Of a DNA stretch of 64,000 nucleotides, positions 39,291-51,368 are shown one piece after another. The stretch is from Lepidodermella squamata (taxonomy: Eukaryota; Animalia; Gastrotricha): assembly GCA_047495785.1 (NCBI GenBank), contig JBLDXI010000042.1, positions 4,588,001 to 4,652,000 of the forward strand, in the 5' to 3' direction. The first letter of the stretch is position 1. Each line of letters opens with the position of its first letter. A program made the translations under genes and the position numbers. A model generated the notes under the pieces. It was not told the origin of the DNA. It saw nothing but the letters and a program-made list of their open reading frames with translations, and ran no database searches.

Positions 39291-39780
39291 CTGAGAAGGT
39301 GGCATCATCTGGTGATAACTATTTGCGTAAACAACAATTTTTTTCATTTTCATTTAATTTTTATTTTATTTTATTTTCTGATGTTCTGATGGGGTCTATT
39401 TCACCGCCATGGAAAATAAATGTTTTCCATTGTGATATTCCATTTTTAATTCATTTTTATTTAATTTTCGAGCGTGTCGGACCCGAAAAAATGAAGCCAG
39501 GAGCGCCACTTGTGCCGGATGTCTGTTGTTTTCGGACACGGAGATTAGCATTTTCGGTCAAAAAATATTTTTTCGGGCGTGTCGGACCGGACCCCCGACA
39601 CAGTGGAAAAAAATAAAATAAAATGAAAATTGTGGACACAATGGTGAGAACAACGGACAACTGATGCATGCCACGTGGCGAAATGGACGTAAAAGGGACA
39701 GGAACGCAGACAAGAAAGTATAAATCCCCGGTTTTCGCCAAGAAAACTTTAGCTGGGAAAATTTCGTAATTGGCGTTTTG

Positions 39781-40878
39781 ATGTCGCGGCTCAAGTTCAG
39801 CGTAAGGAGCTAATTGCTTGATTTATCAATTTCCTACTCATCGGCTACTTTATTATCAGATCGACTCGATTATTGGGGGTGATGATTCGCCGAGCGCATC
39901 AGACCGTGTCCAGGGCGGCGTTGTGCAGCGGGGCGCAATCAATCGTGACGTGGAACTCGACAACAATGACTATCTTCCTCCCCTTATTGATCCCGTACCT
40001 CCTTTCGCCAACCCGTTTCCTTCCATACCCGCCGCGGAAACAATGAAAAGGAAGCGTGGCCGTCCAAAAAAGGTGATGTTTAATTTGTCGCTTATATTTG
40101 TTAAATGAACTGTCTTTTTTTTAAGGTAGTTGCTCCGCCATCAAGTGCTCCGTCATCAAAAGCTCCGCCATCTCGTGCAAATCCTCAGCCGGTTGCCGCG
40201 AAGAAAGCGAAACCGGCCAACGCACCGGCGCGAATTTATTCTAGCGACGCGAAACTGTTCATTCTACTGTTTTTCCGCGATAATCTAGATTTGTTCCAAG
40301 GTGGAACCACGCAAAAGAGCACGCTATGGACGCGCTGTGCGGTTCTGATTCGACCACTGTTTGAAACTTTGAAAAATGTTAAAGGTTCCGAAATTTGTCA
40401 ACGGTTTCGCACTTGGCAAGGACGATTTCGGCTTGCGCACGACAACAATCTGAAATCTGGCACGCAGCGGATGGAAGTTGAATTCATGGAGGTTTGGGAA
40501 GAAATCTTCGCAGATAAAAGGCTGCTGGACCCGGACTATGTGGAAAATGCGGGTACGTCTGAGCAGAAGGTCGACTACAGCATCCCTGATCCTGACGACC
40601 CTGTTGTTACATCGAAAAATTCGGAGGAAGTCCAAGAAGCGATTGCGCGTGTGTCGAAGTTGTTACCTGAGCGAAAACAGCCGGCGAAATCACAAGTCGA
40701 TGCTCAAATCGAACGAAAAACCAACGGCAATGCGAAGAAGACCAAGGGCCAGGCCACCATCGCTGAATTGTCGCGTTTGACATCTACGATCGAGACCGTG
40801 GCAACGCAGCGAGAACGAGAACGTGAACGCCAACATCAAGAAAAAATGATGCTATTGAAAGAGTATCTTAAGAAGTAG
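39781..40878 (+). CDS. Harbinger accessory DNA-binding protein (AT-hook plus Myb/SANT-like), about 328 aa
   Basis: Exons 39781-39801, 39860-40072, 40126-40878. KRKRGRPKK AT-hook; W..CA..ICQRFRTWQGRF..NLKSG..FMEVWEEIF trihelix/SANT pattern; C-terminal coiled coil ERERERQHQEKM. Confidence 0.8.
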
Positions 40879-41010
40879 TAGATTTCTCCAAATTGATTGT
40901 CTTTGAAAAGATGGTATAAACTAAACGGGCTATGGGCGTTTTCGAACTTGCGAAATTTTTGTATTTTTAGATTATTCTTAAATTTGCATTTGTGGCGGAG
41001 AATTTCTTTC

Positions 41011-42356
41011 ATGGCTAATGCTCCGGCTAACCTAATGGCTGTTCTCGAGCTGTTCGCGGAAGATGATACGGATGAAGAGTTGGATGAGCTGATTGCTGCT
41101 GCCGGTGTTGCAGTTGGCAATTTCTTTCGGTTCCGTCTGAATGAGCAGGTGATTTACCGCGTTGACAATTTCTTTGAAGAAATAGTCCCCCAAATGTGGG
41201 AAGAACAGTACCGGCGCTATTTTCGATACGCTCCACAAACTGTTCGTCAATTGATCGAGCTATTGCGAAGACGAGTCGAATATCAGTACGGTGATCTGGA
41301 GAAAATTGTTCATCTTTTCCTCAATTTTTCTGCAACAATCGACCCGATTCATCGGCTCGCAAACCTTTACAACTACTCCGAAACAACTGCCTGGCGGCGA
41401 ATCAATCTCGTTACCGATTGGCTTTGCGATCTATCTCCGGAGCTCATCACATGGCCTGACCCCGCTCAACGCGTCCAAATCGCCGCTGATTGGGAGGAAG
41501 AAACAGGTTTTGCAGCGATTGGAGCGTTAGACTGCAGTTTGATTCGAATTACACCGCCTTCCACTCCAGGTCGAAACAAGTACTTTTCGCGAAAACACAC
41601 AAGTGCCATCGTCTTACAAGCTGTCTGTTCCCGCCGCAAGGAGTTCACGGATATTTTCGTAGGCTTTATCGGTTCGGCCCATGATTCAAGAGTGCTCAGA
41701 AACTCCCAGCTATACCGGAACGCCACTCAAAATTACAATGTAAGTTCGATTTATACCCTTTCACGTTTGAAGCAACGAAATTTTCATTACATTTGCGAAA
41801 AAATCACACAAAATTGCAATTTACGAATTTGTCAGGTGCACGGTGAAACTACTAATTTTTTGCTTTCATTAAGGAATTTTTTGGAGGTAATTCATTCTTA
41901 CTGGGAGACTCTGGCTATCAGCCCCGACGCTGGTGTGTCACTCCATTCCGCCAAACCGATAACATCACCCCCGAAGAACGGAATTTCAATTATCGTCACT
42001 CCGTCGCGAGAGTGATAATTGAACAGGCATTCGGGCTTCTCAAGCAAAAATGGCGGCGGCTCTATCACCTACAATTTCGCCTCAATATTCGGCCCAGTGT
42101 TCGTTTCACGAAAGCGATGTGTGTACTACATAATTTCGGCATCCGAGTGGAGGGTGACGCTTACAATAACTTGCCCGATGAAGACCCGTTGCCGGCTCAA
42201 CTTCTCGAGGCAGATCTGCAACTACAAGATGATTTTCTCGCAAATCTCGCTAACCATGAAAACGATGACGGGAATGCGGCGAACCAGGCGGAGGGCGAAG
42301 AAAGGCGACAGGAAATTATGGCTAATTTACCTTTAGAATGGCTTCTAGATGCTTGA
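41011..42356 (+). CDS. PIF/Harbinger (HARBI1-like, DDE_Tnp_4) transposase, about 403 aa
   Basis: Exons 41011-41739 and 41874-42356 are in phase. IGALDC, LQAVC, GSAHDSRV, LLGDSGY, ARVIIEQAFGLLKQKW and CVLHNF are present, with the D-D-E triad intact. Confidence 0.92.
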
Positions 42357-42851
42357 TTTATGCAAAAAACAAGAATTTGCTTAATTTTCGAAAATAAAAT
42401 AATGTTTTTTTCTAATTTTACTCGCAAAATAATTTCGAACAGATGTCGCCTCTTTGGCACTATTTTCGTGAATAAAAACAGCTTGGCAACATTTTTACAA
42501 GTGTGTCGGACGCATTTCATATTTTTTTGTTTTTTTTTATTATTTTTTTCATGGCGATGAAATAGACCCATGTTACACTCAAAAAAGAAAAATGTTTTTC
42601 GGCCTTTCATTATTCTCGCGAGTTTAAGCCAGATTATCCACGTCAGGACGGAAATCAGCGGCAGTTGAATAAACAACGTTGTTGATTTTTATTTTTAGCA
42701 AAATGCCCGTTACACGCTCGGAAGAATAAAAAATGGAATTTCACAATTGAAAATGACTTTTCAGTGAGTGGATGAAATACACCCTCTGTTTTAATAAAAT
42801 TAATAGCCAATCATTCAGTTTCAAAATAGGTAGTCGTAATAAGCAGGTCGA

Positions 42852-43600
42852 TTACTTGAAGCCAAGAAAAGCTGTCAAGTTGCGAAGGTGCGTCGCAGCT
42901 CGAGCGTTGGGCGCAACTGGCTGACCGTAGAACTCGAGCAGCTGTCGGACAACGGCACCATTGGCAGCCGTGTTCATGGCGTTCAGCGCGGCGAGGGACT
43001 CCGGGGCTCCAGCAACCGCCATCGCTTCCATTCGCTGGTTGCGCGGGTACCGGATGGCGACGACGGCCGTAGGGCGCCTGGCTGACGACTGGTTCGCCGC
43101 ATTGGCTAGCTGGGCTCTTTCAAGTTCACTGCACAAAAAAGAAATGAATAAAATTTGCAAAAATGAATTCAATAATTATTTGAATAAAAGCTTTTCGCTC
43201 ACCTTTCGAATTGAGCAGCGGCCAAGTTGGTCAACAAATTGCCGTTTGCCGCCACGTTTGCCTCGATTCGATTCATCTGGGCTTGCATGTTCATCAGCAG
43301 CTGGATCACCTGCTGCTGGCCACCTTGGCCTTCGCCTTCGACAAACGCTGGATAATTGGCTCGAACACGTTCCATCAGATAATAATGAAAGCAATTTTGC
43401 AATGTAGGTCGGAAATTATCAATGAGCAGTGAGGCTAGAACTGTCAAACGAAATAATGGGCTCAAGTCGCATTTAAATACTACGTGTGACTTACCCGGGC
43501 CGATAGATGGCAGCTGGTGATGGATCAGCAGCAGTTGGGCAATCTCACCAGGCGCACCTTTTGTTGAGGCAAATCCCCTACGACCTACGATTATCGCCTC
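42852..43600 (-). pseudogene. Copy 2 (best preserved) of the coiled-coil / Mug135-like family
   Basis: Three exons with GT-AG sites (about 43600-43495, 43440-43203, 43129-42852). Exons 2-3 are open: ..QLLMNMQAQMNRIEANVAAN..AQLANA..GAPESLAALNAMNT..QLLEFYGQP..HLRNLTAFLGFK. Exon 1 appears frameshifted. Confidence 0.7.
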
Positions 43601-44674
43601 AGCGTATTTTTAGCATACGTGCAATAAAAGCACAAGCCGCCTCATTTGCCAACGCCATGCGCTCATTTAACTCTTAAAACAGCAATAACAACCACAACAG
43701 ACGAGGTCCTCGGAATTGGAACTCGCCAAAAATGCGTGTAATTGCTATTCCCAACTCGTGGAGAGTAATTTTTCGAAGGGCAAGCTGCAAGAACACGCTT
43801 GGAATTACCAAGTCACGAGTCCTGTAATGCCAGTGACTTTCAGGTCTCGAGGTAATATATCGATTTTATCACGCGGCTTTGTTTTATTATGAGAAGTGCG
43901 AATACCGCCGTCGATTTTTTCTTCATCAGCGCTCACATCAGACGAGCTTCCAACATTTTTCTTCATTTTCAACCATTGCCCCTGATTTTCAATAAATCAG
44001 CCCATCCCTATTAGTCAGCCAGTTATTTTTAGTGGAAACCCTGTATACACTGTGAGTTATCGATTTCAATGTCATTATAAACGCCGGGGCTTGCAGTGAT
44101 GAATAATTGAAACCAGATCGAAAGAGAGAATGCGGGACAATATTTTCACAAGTCTGAAACTTACTTCGAATCTATTTTCTGGGCAATGGTTCTGAATTCA
44201 AGTTTACATACAGAAACTTCCATCTTTGACTTTGTTTCCTTAAATGGAACAATTTTCCAATTAAAATTATACCTATCCATTTTTAGTAGTTGACTTTTTA
44301 ATACTATGCCATGTGTGAATCTTCTGATGGTTCCTCAGGTGCTTCATTAAGTTCGTGAGTGTCCGAAGACCAAGCCATCAATCCAACGTGGAGAACCTTT
44401 AATGACTAGTTATTTAGTCACGAGGTAGCGCTTTCTCTCATTTCTATTATGAAAGAAAAAACGTGAGCGGCTACTAAAAATGATAGGTAGGTATAGCTTC
44501 CATTCTTCTCGCTATCTTTGCGATCGAATTAACGTGTACTGCTGTGAAGTGCTTAAAGTGAGAAATAATAATAATAATAGACTCTTGAGGAATAACACAT
44601 AATAGATTGCACCGTAATCACTCGAAAAATCTATAAATTTTTTGAAATAAATTAAATTCAATAATTTTACTCAG

Positions 44675-45146
44675 ATTTTATGAAGTCTACGAGGAAGTTT
44701 CCTGCCTCGCAGAAAATGACGGCCTCAAAAGGGTCGACATTATCGCCTTCAATAAAAACACGAGAGAAGGGTGGATCTTGGACCCTACCATCCGCTTCGA
44801 AAAAAGCCCAGATCAAGCCCTGGAAGTCGACAAAGAAAAACGGGCACACTACGAGCCTTGCGCAGAATACTTCAAGGAAAGATACAATCTAACTTCCCTC
44901 GAAGTAATCGGTCTCTTCGTTGGAGCCCGTGGTACCATCACCAAGTTCTTCCGTGACTTCGCAAAACGTCTCGAACTACCGCAGTCACTCATGTGCGACA
45001 TCGTCATTTCAACGATAAAAGACTCATGCAAAATCATAAATAATCATTTGTACGGAAAGAATTAGTTAAATGTAAATACCCGCGTCTATAGGCAAACTGT
45101 TACTTAGTATCAGTCGGATCATTGTTTTAACAATAAACTACTACTG
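44675..45146 (+). mobile_element. 5'-truncated non-LTR retrotransposon, restriction-like endonuclease (RLE) C-terminus and 3'UTR
   Basis: VYEEVSC..RVDIIAF..WILDPTIRFE..KEKRAHY..GLFVGARG..DSCKIINNHLY* fits the PD-(D/E)xK-type RLE of R2/NeSL-like clades. It is followed by AATAAA and a short (CTA)n tail. Confidence 0.75.
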
Positions 45147-46614
45147 TAATTGCGCTCTTTTGACGTAAATTTGTGTAATTTATTCATGGCACAAGTGATA
45201 TTGATTGGCGGTTCGAAAATTGGGCACAACCGCATCCCATCTACATTCGCCAGCTATTCGAACCCGATTACGTAGCTCCTATCATTCCTTAATTCGATAC
45301 CACGGAAGAGCTGTAATGAGCATTTCTGATCGTATAGTTTATTAAAAAGGGCGTGCCAGAGCTGAATGATTTAAATTGAGCGTTTCGACCCTAAATTGGA
45401 GGCTGCAACACTAGATTTCCTCGAACTATGGGTTTTCGATTATTTGCGCCTTTGATGGGCGACAGTGCGATATCAATTTTACAAATCCGTGATTTTCGAT
45501 ACGAGTATAATGGAGCCAACGTTTGAAATGATCTTACTTACCTGAGGGTGCCAGAAAGTTGAAATTTATATCGTCAAGAATTCGAAAATTGTAGCATGGG
45601 GCTGAACATCAATTTCGGTGATATTCGGATCCATTGGAAAGGTCCCGTCTATCCGTTGGGACCAATCCGGGAAAACTTTCACCCCGGCAGAAGGACAAGA
45701 AAATAAACCAAGTTACAGAAAAACCAACTACTCGCTGGTCTCGAATCTAGGAACCTACGTTTTCCCCTTCCCTATAAAGTAACCGCGTAAGTCCGAACAA
45801 TTGTAAAAAGTAAAAACAATACCACGTAACAAAACGTATGATTTCTTTTATTTTTCGCGTTACATTTCATGTTTAGGCTTCTCTTTCCTCTTCTTCTTCT
45901 TAGTATTCAAATATCAAAAGAACCCAAAAATTTATAATAACAATAGCATTTTAAACCTGGCTTCAAGGTGCTCACTTGAAACGGCTCGACTGGGACACGT
46001 GTAGCGTGTAGCGGACCTCGTCAAAGCCTCAAGTTAATTATCATCGTCATTAACAATAGCAATTTTGATAGACACAATTATTGTGGTATTTTTCCATTAT
46101 TTTCATCATCAAAGCAAAAAATTGCGCAGTTTTGAAGGTATATTTTTTCATTTCGCAGTGCAGTGTCACGAAACCTTACTATCACTGTACATCTACAACG
46201 AAACGTGCTTTCAGCCAGACTCATCATAATTCTTTCAAAAATCGAAGTGAAAAAACAAATGACGATTTTTTGGTTTCCACACACACACACTTCAGACACA
46301 TTTTGGCGGCGGCGGTGGTTTCAAAAACCCAAGCATGAACAAGTAAAAAAGAGAAATGTTAGTTGTAATATATATGCAAAGAAATGTTTCCATAGCTTCC
46401 GTATTACACATAATTAAAAATAGTAGCCTCCATAATATTTTTTCAATATAATTTTTATATCTAGTTGAAAATTTTAAGTCGATCAGAATTTTATGAAGAT
46501 ACAAAAACCACGAGAAAAAAACATAACCAAAAAAGGAGAGCGAGAATGTAAGGTCGATAGATAGTCGGTTTTCGAATAAGCTAAAAGTGACTATAACGTT
46601 GCGTTTGTTGCCCA

Positions 46615-49600
46615 TCACGTCGCTTTATTCGTTATAGGCGATACTACGGAAGACGCGGCGGCTTGTTGCTGTGATAGGCGAGACGAAGGCACGGGCGGTG
46701 AGCCGCCCAGCGACGAGGAAGCGCCGCCGCCTGACGATGGCCCGGGCGCGGATCCGCTCAGGGCGTTCAGGCGACTGGCGATTTTGAGAACCGGACCGAT
46801 TTTTAGACCCATCAAATTGACCATGGTATCGGATTTTAACAACAGCAACGCTGGACCGTCAATTTCCTAACAAATAAATCCAACACAATAAATTATAGAT
46901 AACTCGAGAAATTTCAGTATAGCTTGATGGAAAATAAATTTTCCGAGTTTTTCCATTGCGAAAAGATTGATGGAACAATTTATAAAAAAAATTATTATTA
47001 AAATATTTTGGTTGAAAATTGAGAATTTCAGGGATTTTATTTTTGGAATTTAAAATTTCAACTGGTTGAAAATCAAGAAAAAATAGCCGAAGTTTTGGGA
47101 CCCTTCCTTTGCAGACTTCGGGACATCGGTGCTCCCGATCACCTATAAATATCGCCAATTTTTTTAAGAAATTCAATTCATAATCAAAATTCAAGATATT
47201 TAATTTTGAACTTCAGCTATGAATTTTAGTTGCCTTGAGTTTTCTTCTATTTAATTAAATATTTTCCGAATTGCATACCTGTTCGAGGAATTTCTGCGCC
47301 GCTTCTTCGCAACCGGGTATACTTTTGATAAAATCGTTAACATCCGTAACGAGCCACTGACTCGGCGGCTTGCCATTCGCCACCGGGTTCGTACCCGGCG
47401 AATTTGTCGCCGAACTCGTCGAAACAGCGGGTTGCGGCAACGGCGACATGAGATACGACGGCAACAGAGCCGTCGCAGCGCCAATACTCGGCGCGACTGC
47501 CTTCGCCGGCGATACTGCTGGCCGTTGTTGTGGTGACACCTGTTGCTGCGCTTTCACCAACGAATTGCTGTCCGCGTGGAATTTCTTCTTCTGTTTCTGA
47601 GACGCTGTGGCATAGTCGTGCCGCACTTGAGAATAGCACCTGAAGCCGCACAGCCGATTGCCTGAAAAATATAGGTCGTAATTAGAAAGCAAGTCACGGA
47701 ATACCGCCACGATATAACTTTATTAGTCATAGCTAACATTTCAGCCCAAATCATGATATAATACAGCGTGTCCCATTAGTAACGCAAGCAAAGAAAATAA
47801 ACTGAAAAGGGTTCAGAAACTCTAAAATGAGACGCGAAGTCACATCTCTTGGCCAGAAAAATTTAGAAATATTCAAAAAATTACGAGATTAGTGATCAAG
47901 TATGTAACTTGATAATAGGATTTATCAAGTCCGGGGAAATTTGGTCCAACCGGATAAAATACCGAAAATTACCGAACCAGTTAACGGGATTTCTCCGGTT
48001 AAAGTTTCATTTTTTTCGGTTAAATCGCGGTTAAAAGATGAAATATTCCCTCGGTAGGTTTAATTTAAAAAAATTATTTGAATTTCCTATAAAAGTTGCC
48101 AAATTGAACATTTGTTGCGCAATTTCTGGGAAACGCTTTATAATGTTGGTTTGAGTCAATAGCGAAATTATTTCAACAGCCATGTGACCAAAACTTTGAC
48201 AATTCCTCCTTAAAATGAGTCATCGATTTTGGGTGGCTTTTTTAGCTAACCAAACTAACATCTAAAAACTAATATATCTTCAATTCTCCCGAGTAAATTG
48301 GGGAAAAATAATGGAAATTTAGACCATTTCAATAATTCAATTCTCAAAGTGTCAATCAAGTCGGGCAGATAATCAAATTTTGCAACTCTTTCAAGTGCAG
48401 ACTTTAACGCCCTTTTTCTCAGCGACACTTATGGGCCTCGTTTTGAAATATTTAGTCTCCCTTCATTGAAGTTGAAATTGAAGTAAAAATTTCGGGTTTT
48501 TTCAAATATTCGAATATCTTCAAACCCCACCTTTCATTCGTTAACAGTCTTGGCATTTTCAATATTTTGGTCAACGCATCAATTTTTTTAAATTAAATGA
48601 GATATTTATATCCATAACGTACCTTTGAAAGAATAGCTCTTTGAGCCTCGAACCGGTGGGGCAATAGCACTTTTGCACTTGAAACACTTGACCGAGCCGC
48701 CTGGACTCGCTGCTTGCGGCTGCGAAACCGCAGAGGCATTCGATTGCGTCGACGAATTGCGCCTCGCTCGCTTTTGCGGCTGCTTCGCCGAACCCTCCTC
48801 GCTGCTAGCTTCCTCCTCCTCCTCCGTTACGTACTCCACCCTTTCGAGCGGCGAATCGGCCAAAATCGGCTGATCACTCTCCAATATCACAAAGCCATCA
48901 ATCACGTGCGTGACAATATTCGGCCGTTTCTTCGCAACTTTCTGCTTCAATACTTCAGGTTTTTTCTTCTTTTTCGGCGAATTTTCAGGTTGCTGCTTTA
49001 CGGATGCATTTTCAACACCTTCCTTCGCCTTCTTCCGCGATGGTTCGTCAAAACTACTCGTCCGTTTTTGCTTCACCTTCGCCGGTTCAGTTCTCACGGC
49101 ATTGTCACACGCTTCTTCAGTCGAATGTTGCGGCTCAGTTTTAACTGGAGCGACAATTTCCTTCGGTTTCTCCGGGCTTTTCACCGGCGACGTGACTGGA
49201 ATTTGCGGCTCTTGGTGAGGCTGGGGTTGCACGATTTCCACCTGTTGCTGTTGGCTAGACGTACTCGGTTGCGGGGCGATAATTGCCTGAGGGGCGGTCG
49301 ATCCGTTCGTCGAAAACGAAGTCGGCTGTTGGGGCCCGGCTTGGTCGGGCGTCGTCGCGGCATTCTGCGGTTGTTGTTGCTGCTGCTGAGGCTGCACAGG
49401 GGCAGTAGGTAAGGTGCACAAATAAATAACGGGCTGTGGTTGCGTGGAAGGCTGGATTTGCCGTGTTGGTTTCTGAAAAATACAAAAAAACATGTAATTA
49501 TTCAGCAAAACTATTAAATATTAATTATTCTAAATAATCTCTAAGAATTTCTTCTACTAGAAAACTGATTCCTTATTAAATTCTTTTGCTCAACTAGCAT

Positions 49601-51368
49601 GATTTCAGGTCAATATTCAACATAAAATTTTGCTTCCTCATAAAGCTAATAATAACCAATCCCGGATATTTAGTTATATTGAAGCTTCCGGTAATCGATC
49701 ATCACTAAAATGTCCTAAAATTAAAATTAACTTGTCTACTAAATTTTGTTAAATTGCCGCACAACTGGTATTTTTAGGTTTTTGCATTTTCAATGTCTAT
49801 TGTCGACCCTTCAATTAAGCAACACTTATTATCAGTGCTGATATACACGAATACAATAGAGGATTCATCAAGACGACGACAACAACTTGGTGCAAGGTCA
49901 TTAAAACACGAAAATATATGTAACAATAGCAAACCGGCATGATGGGTCGGTGGTTTTGAGGCATCCGAATCTGCTGCTGTTGCTGCAGTTGTTGAGAAGG
50001 GGGTGATGGGATTTTCGCTCCTCCAACGAGTTGCTGAGATTTCATTTGATCCTGATCTACTGTTGGCCTCATTTTCGGTAAAACCATTGGCCTTCCTTGG
50101 GTTGCAGTCATAGCACTCATTCCACCATTGTTCTAAACGAAAGATTTCCGTAACATCTATGTGAGCTATTCAAAATAACTTACCACTTCAATATGATTCG
50201 ATTGCTGATGAATTTTATTGCTGCCATTGCCGTTGGGCGCGGGTAAAATAGGCTGAATTTCGCGTTGTCTTTGGGCTTGAGCCAATTGTTGCTGTTGCTT
50301 CGGTTGAATTCGACTATGTAACATAACTTGCTGCTGTGCAGCTTGAGCTAATCGTTGATCGTTGGCTAAAAATGAGCCCATCGGGCTATCAGGCGCAATT
50401 TTCAACAATTGAGGCCCGGCGGTCAAGACTGTATTAGCACCACTAGGCATTTTGTTGCCTGGAAATCGAGTTAAAAACTGAACGGGCTGCCCGTGGAAAC
50501 TGACGATGCCGCTAGGTTGAATTCGAATTAATGAATTAGCTGGTATAAGCGGGGTGTCAGTCTGAGCGGGCGGGACAAGAGATTTCTGAGGGAAATTGAC
50601 GGGTTGAATTGAACCACTGTTTGTCGCCCCATCATCCGCTCCAGGTGGCGGAGGAGATTTCAAAGTTCTAGGAAGAAAAATTACTAGCATGTAATATAAT
50701 GTTTTGAAGAGGTAATTTACTGTATCGGTCCGTGCTTTAACATATTATTAGCGGCGGATGCTTGGGACACGGCGCCTCGATTCTGCGGTGGAACTGGCAT
50801 CTATTGTACAAATTAATAAGCATTTTGCGATACAAACTGGAATTTCAATTGCCTTGGGTCTTTGAGCTTCGACTTGATGACGCGGAGCGCTATTACCATT
50901 GTTGCCAGGTCTGTTTTGAACAAGCCCTTGGACGCTTCTGAGCCTTTCCAAATCAACACCTCCGACGGCTAGTTGATGATGTACCGGGTTCATATGGGGC
51001 CCATGCACTGTTTTCTGCGGTGATCGGTTCTGTGGAATTTGCCTTTGCTGGGAAACATTAGGCAACGGAGACGGAGATGACTGATGAGAAGTTGCACGCG
51101 GCGGTTGGCGTGCTATATGATGCTGAGAGTTGGAGGACTGAGAATGGGGAACTCCTTGCCGCGAAGCTGCTGCTGAAGCATCGTGGGAAATAGGCTGTAA
51201 TGACGGAACTTTAGGAGGGCTGCTCATTGTTGGAGCAGGTGGTGAATTATCGCTCAGCCGATCGTTAACAGACGGAGCTCTTCTCGGGGATGATACTGAG
51301 AGATCCAAGGCACCATTGTCAACATGTTCTACAGGCTCAGTTTTACTCACTGAATTTAGTAAGGGCAT
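46615..51368 (-). CDS. ph: Polyhomeotic-like Polycomb (PRC1) protein
   Basis: Exons 51368-about 50840 (donor uncertain), 50800-50721, 50667-50184, 50132-49935, 49472-48623, 47661-47279, 46866-46615. Q-rich N-terminus, HD1 (VTHVIDGFVILES), FCS-type finger (CFKC..LCGFRC), SAM domain (PSQWLVTDV..EIDGPALLLL..MGLKIGPVLKI). Confidence 0.88.
47764..48138. mobile_element. Tc1/mariner-like MITE in ph intron
   Basis: TA|CAGCGTGTCCCA ... TGGGAAACGCTT|TA (degenerate right end); internal sequence matches 59700-60044. Confidence 0.65.

Larger units (their letters stand above)
39392..42569 (+). mobile_element. Apparently complete autonomous PIF/Harbinger transposon
   Basis: TIR GGGTCTATTTCA(C/T)CGCCATG; 3-bp TSD ATG; two co-oriented intact genes (Myb/SANT-like and DDE transposase). 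Confidence 0.9.

Noticed and set aside
48714-49412. 232-aa Arg/Leu-rich + ORF
   Set aside because: Antisense shadow of the large polyhomeotic exon.
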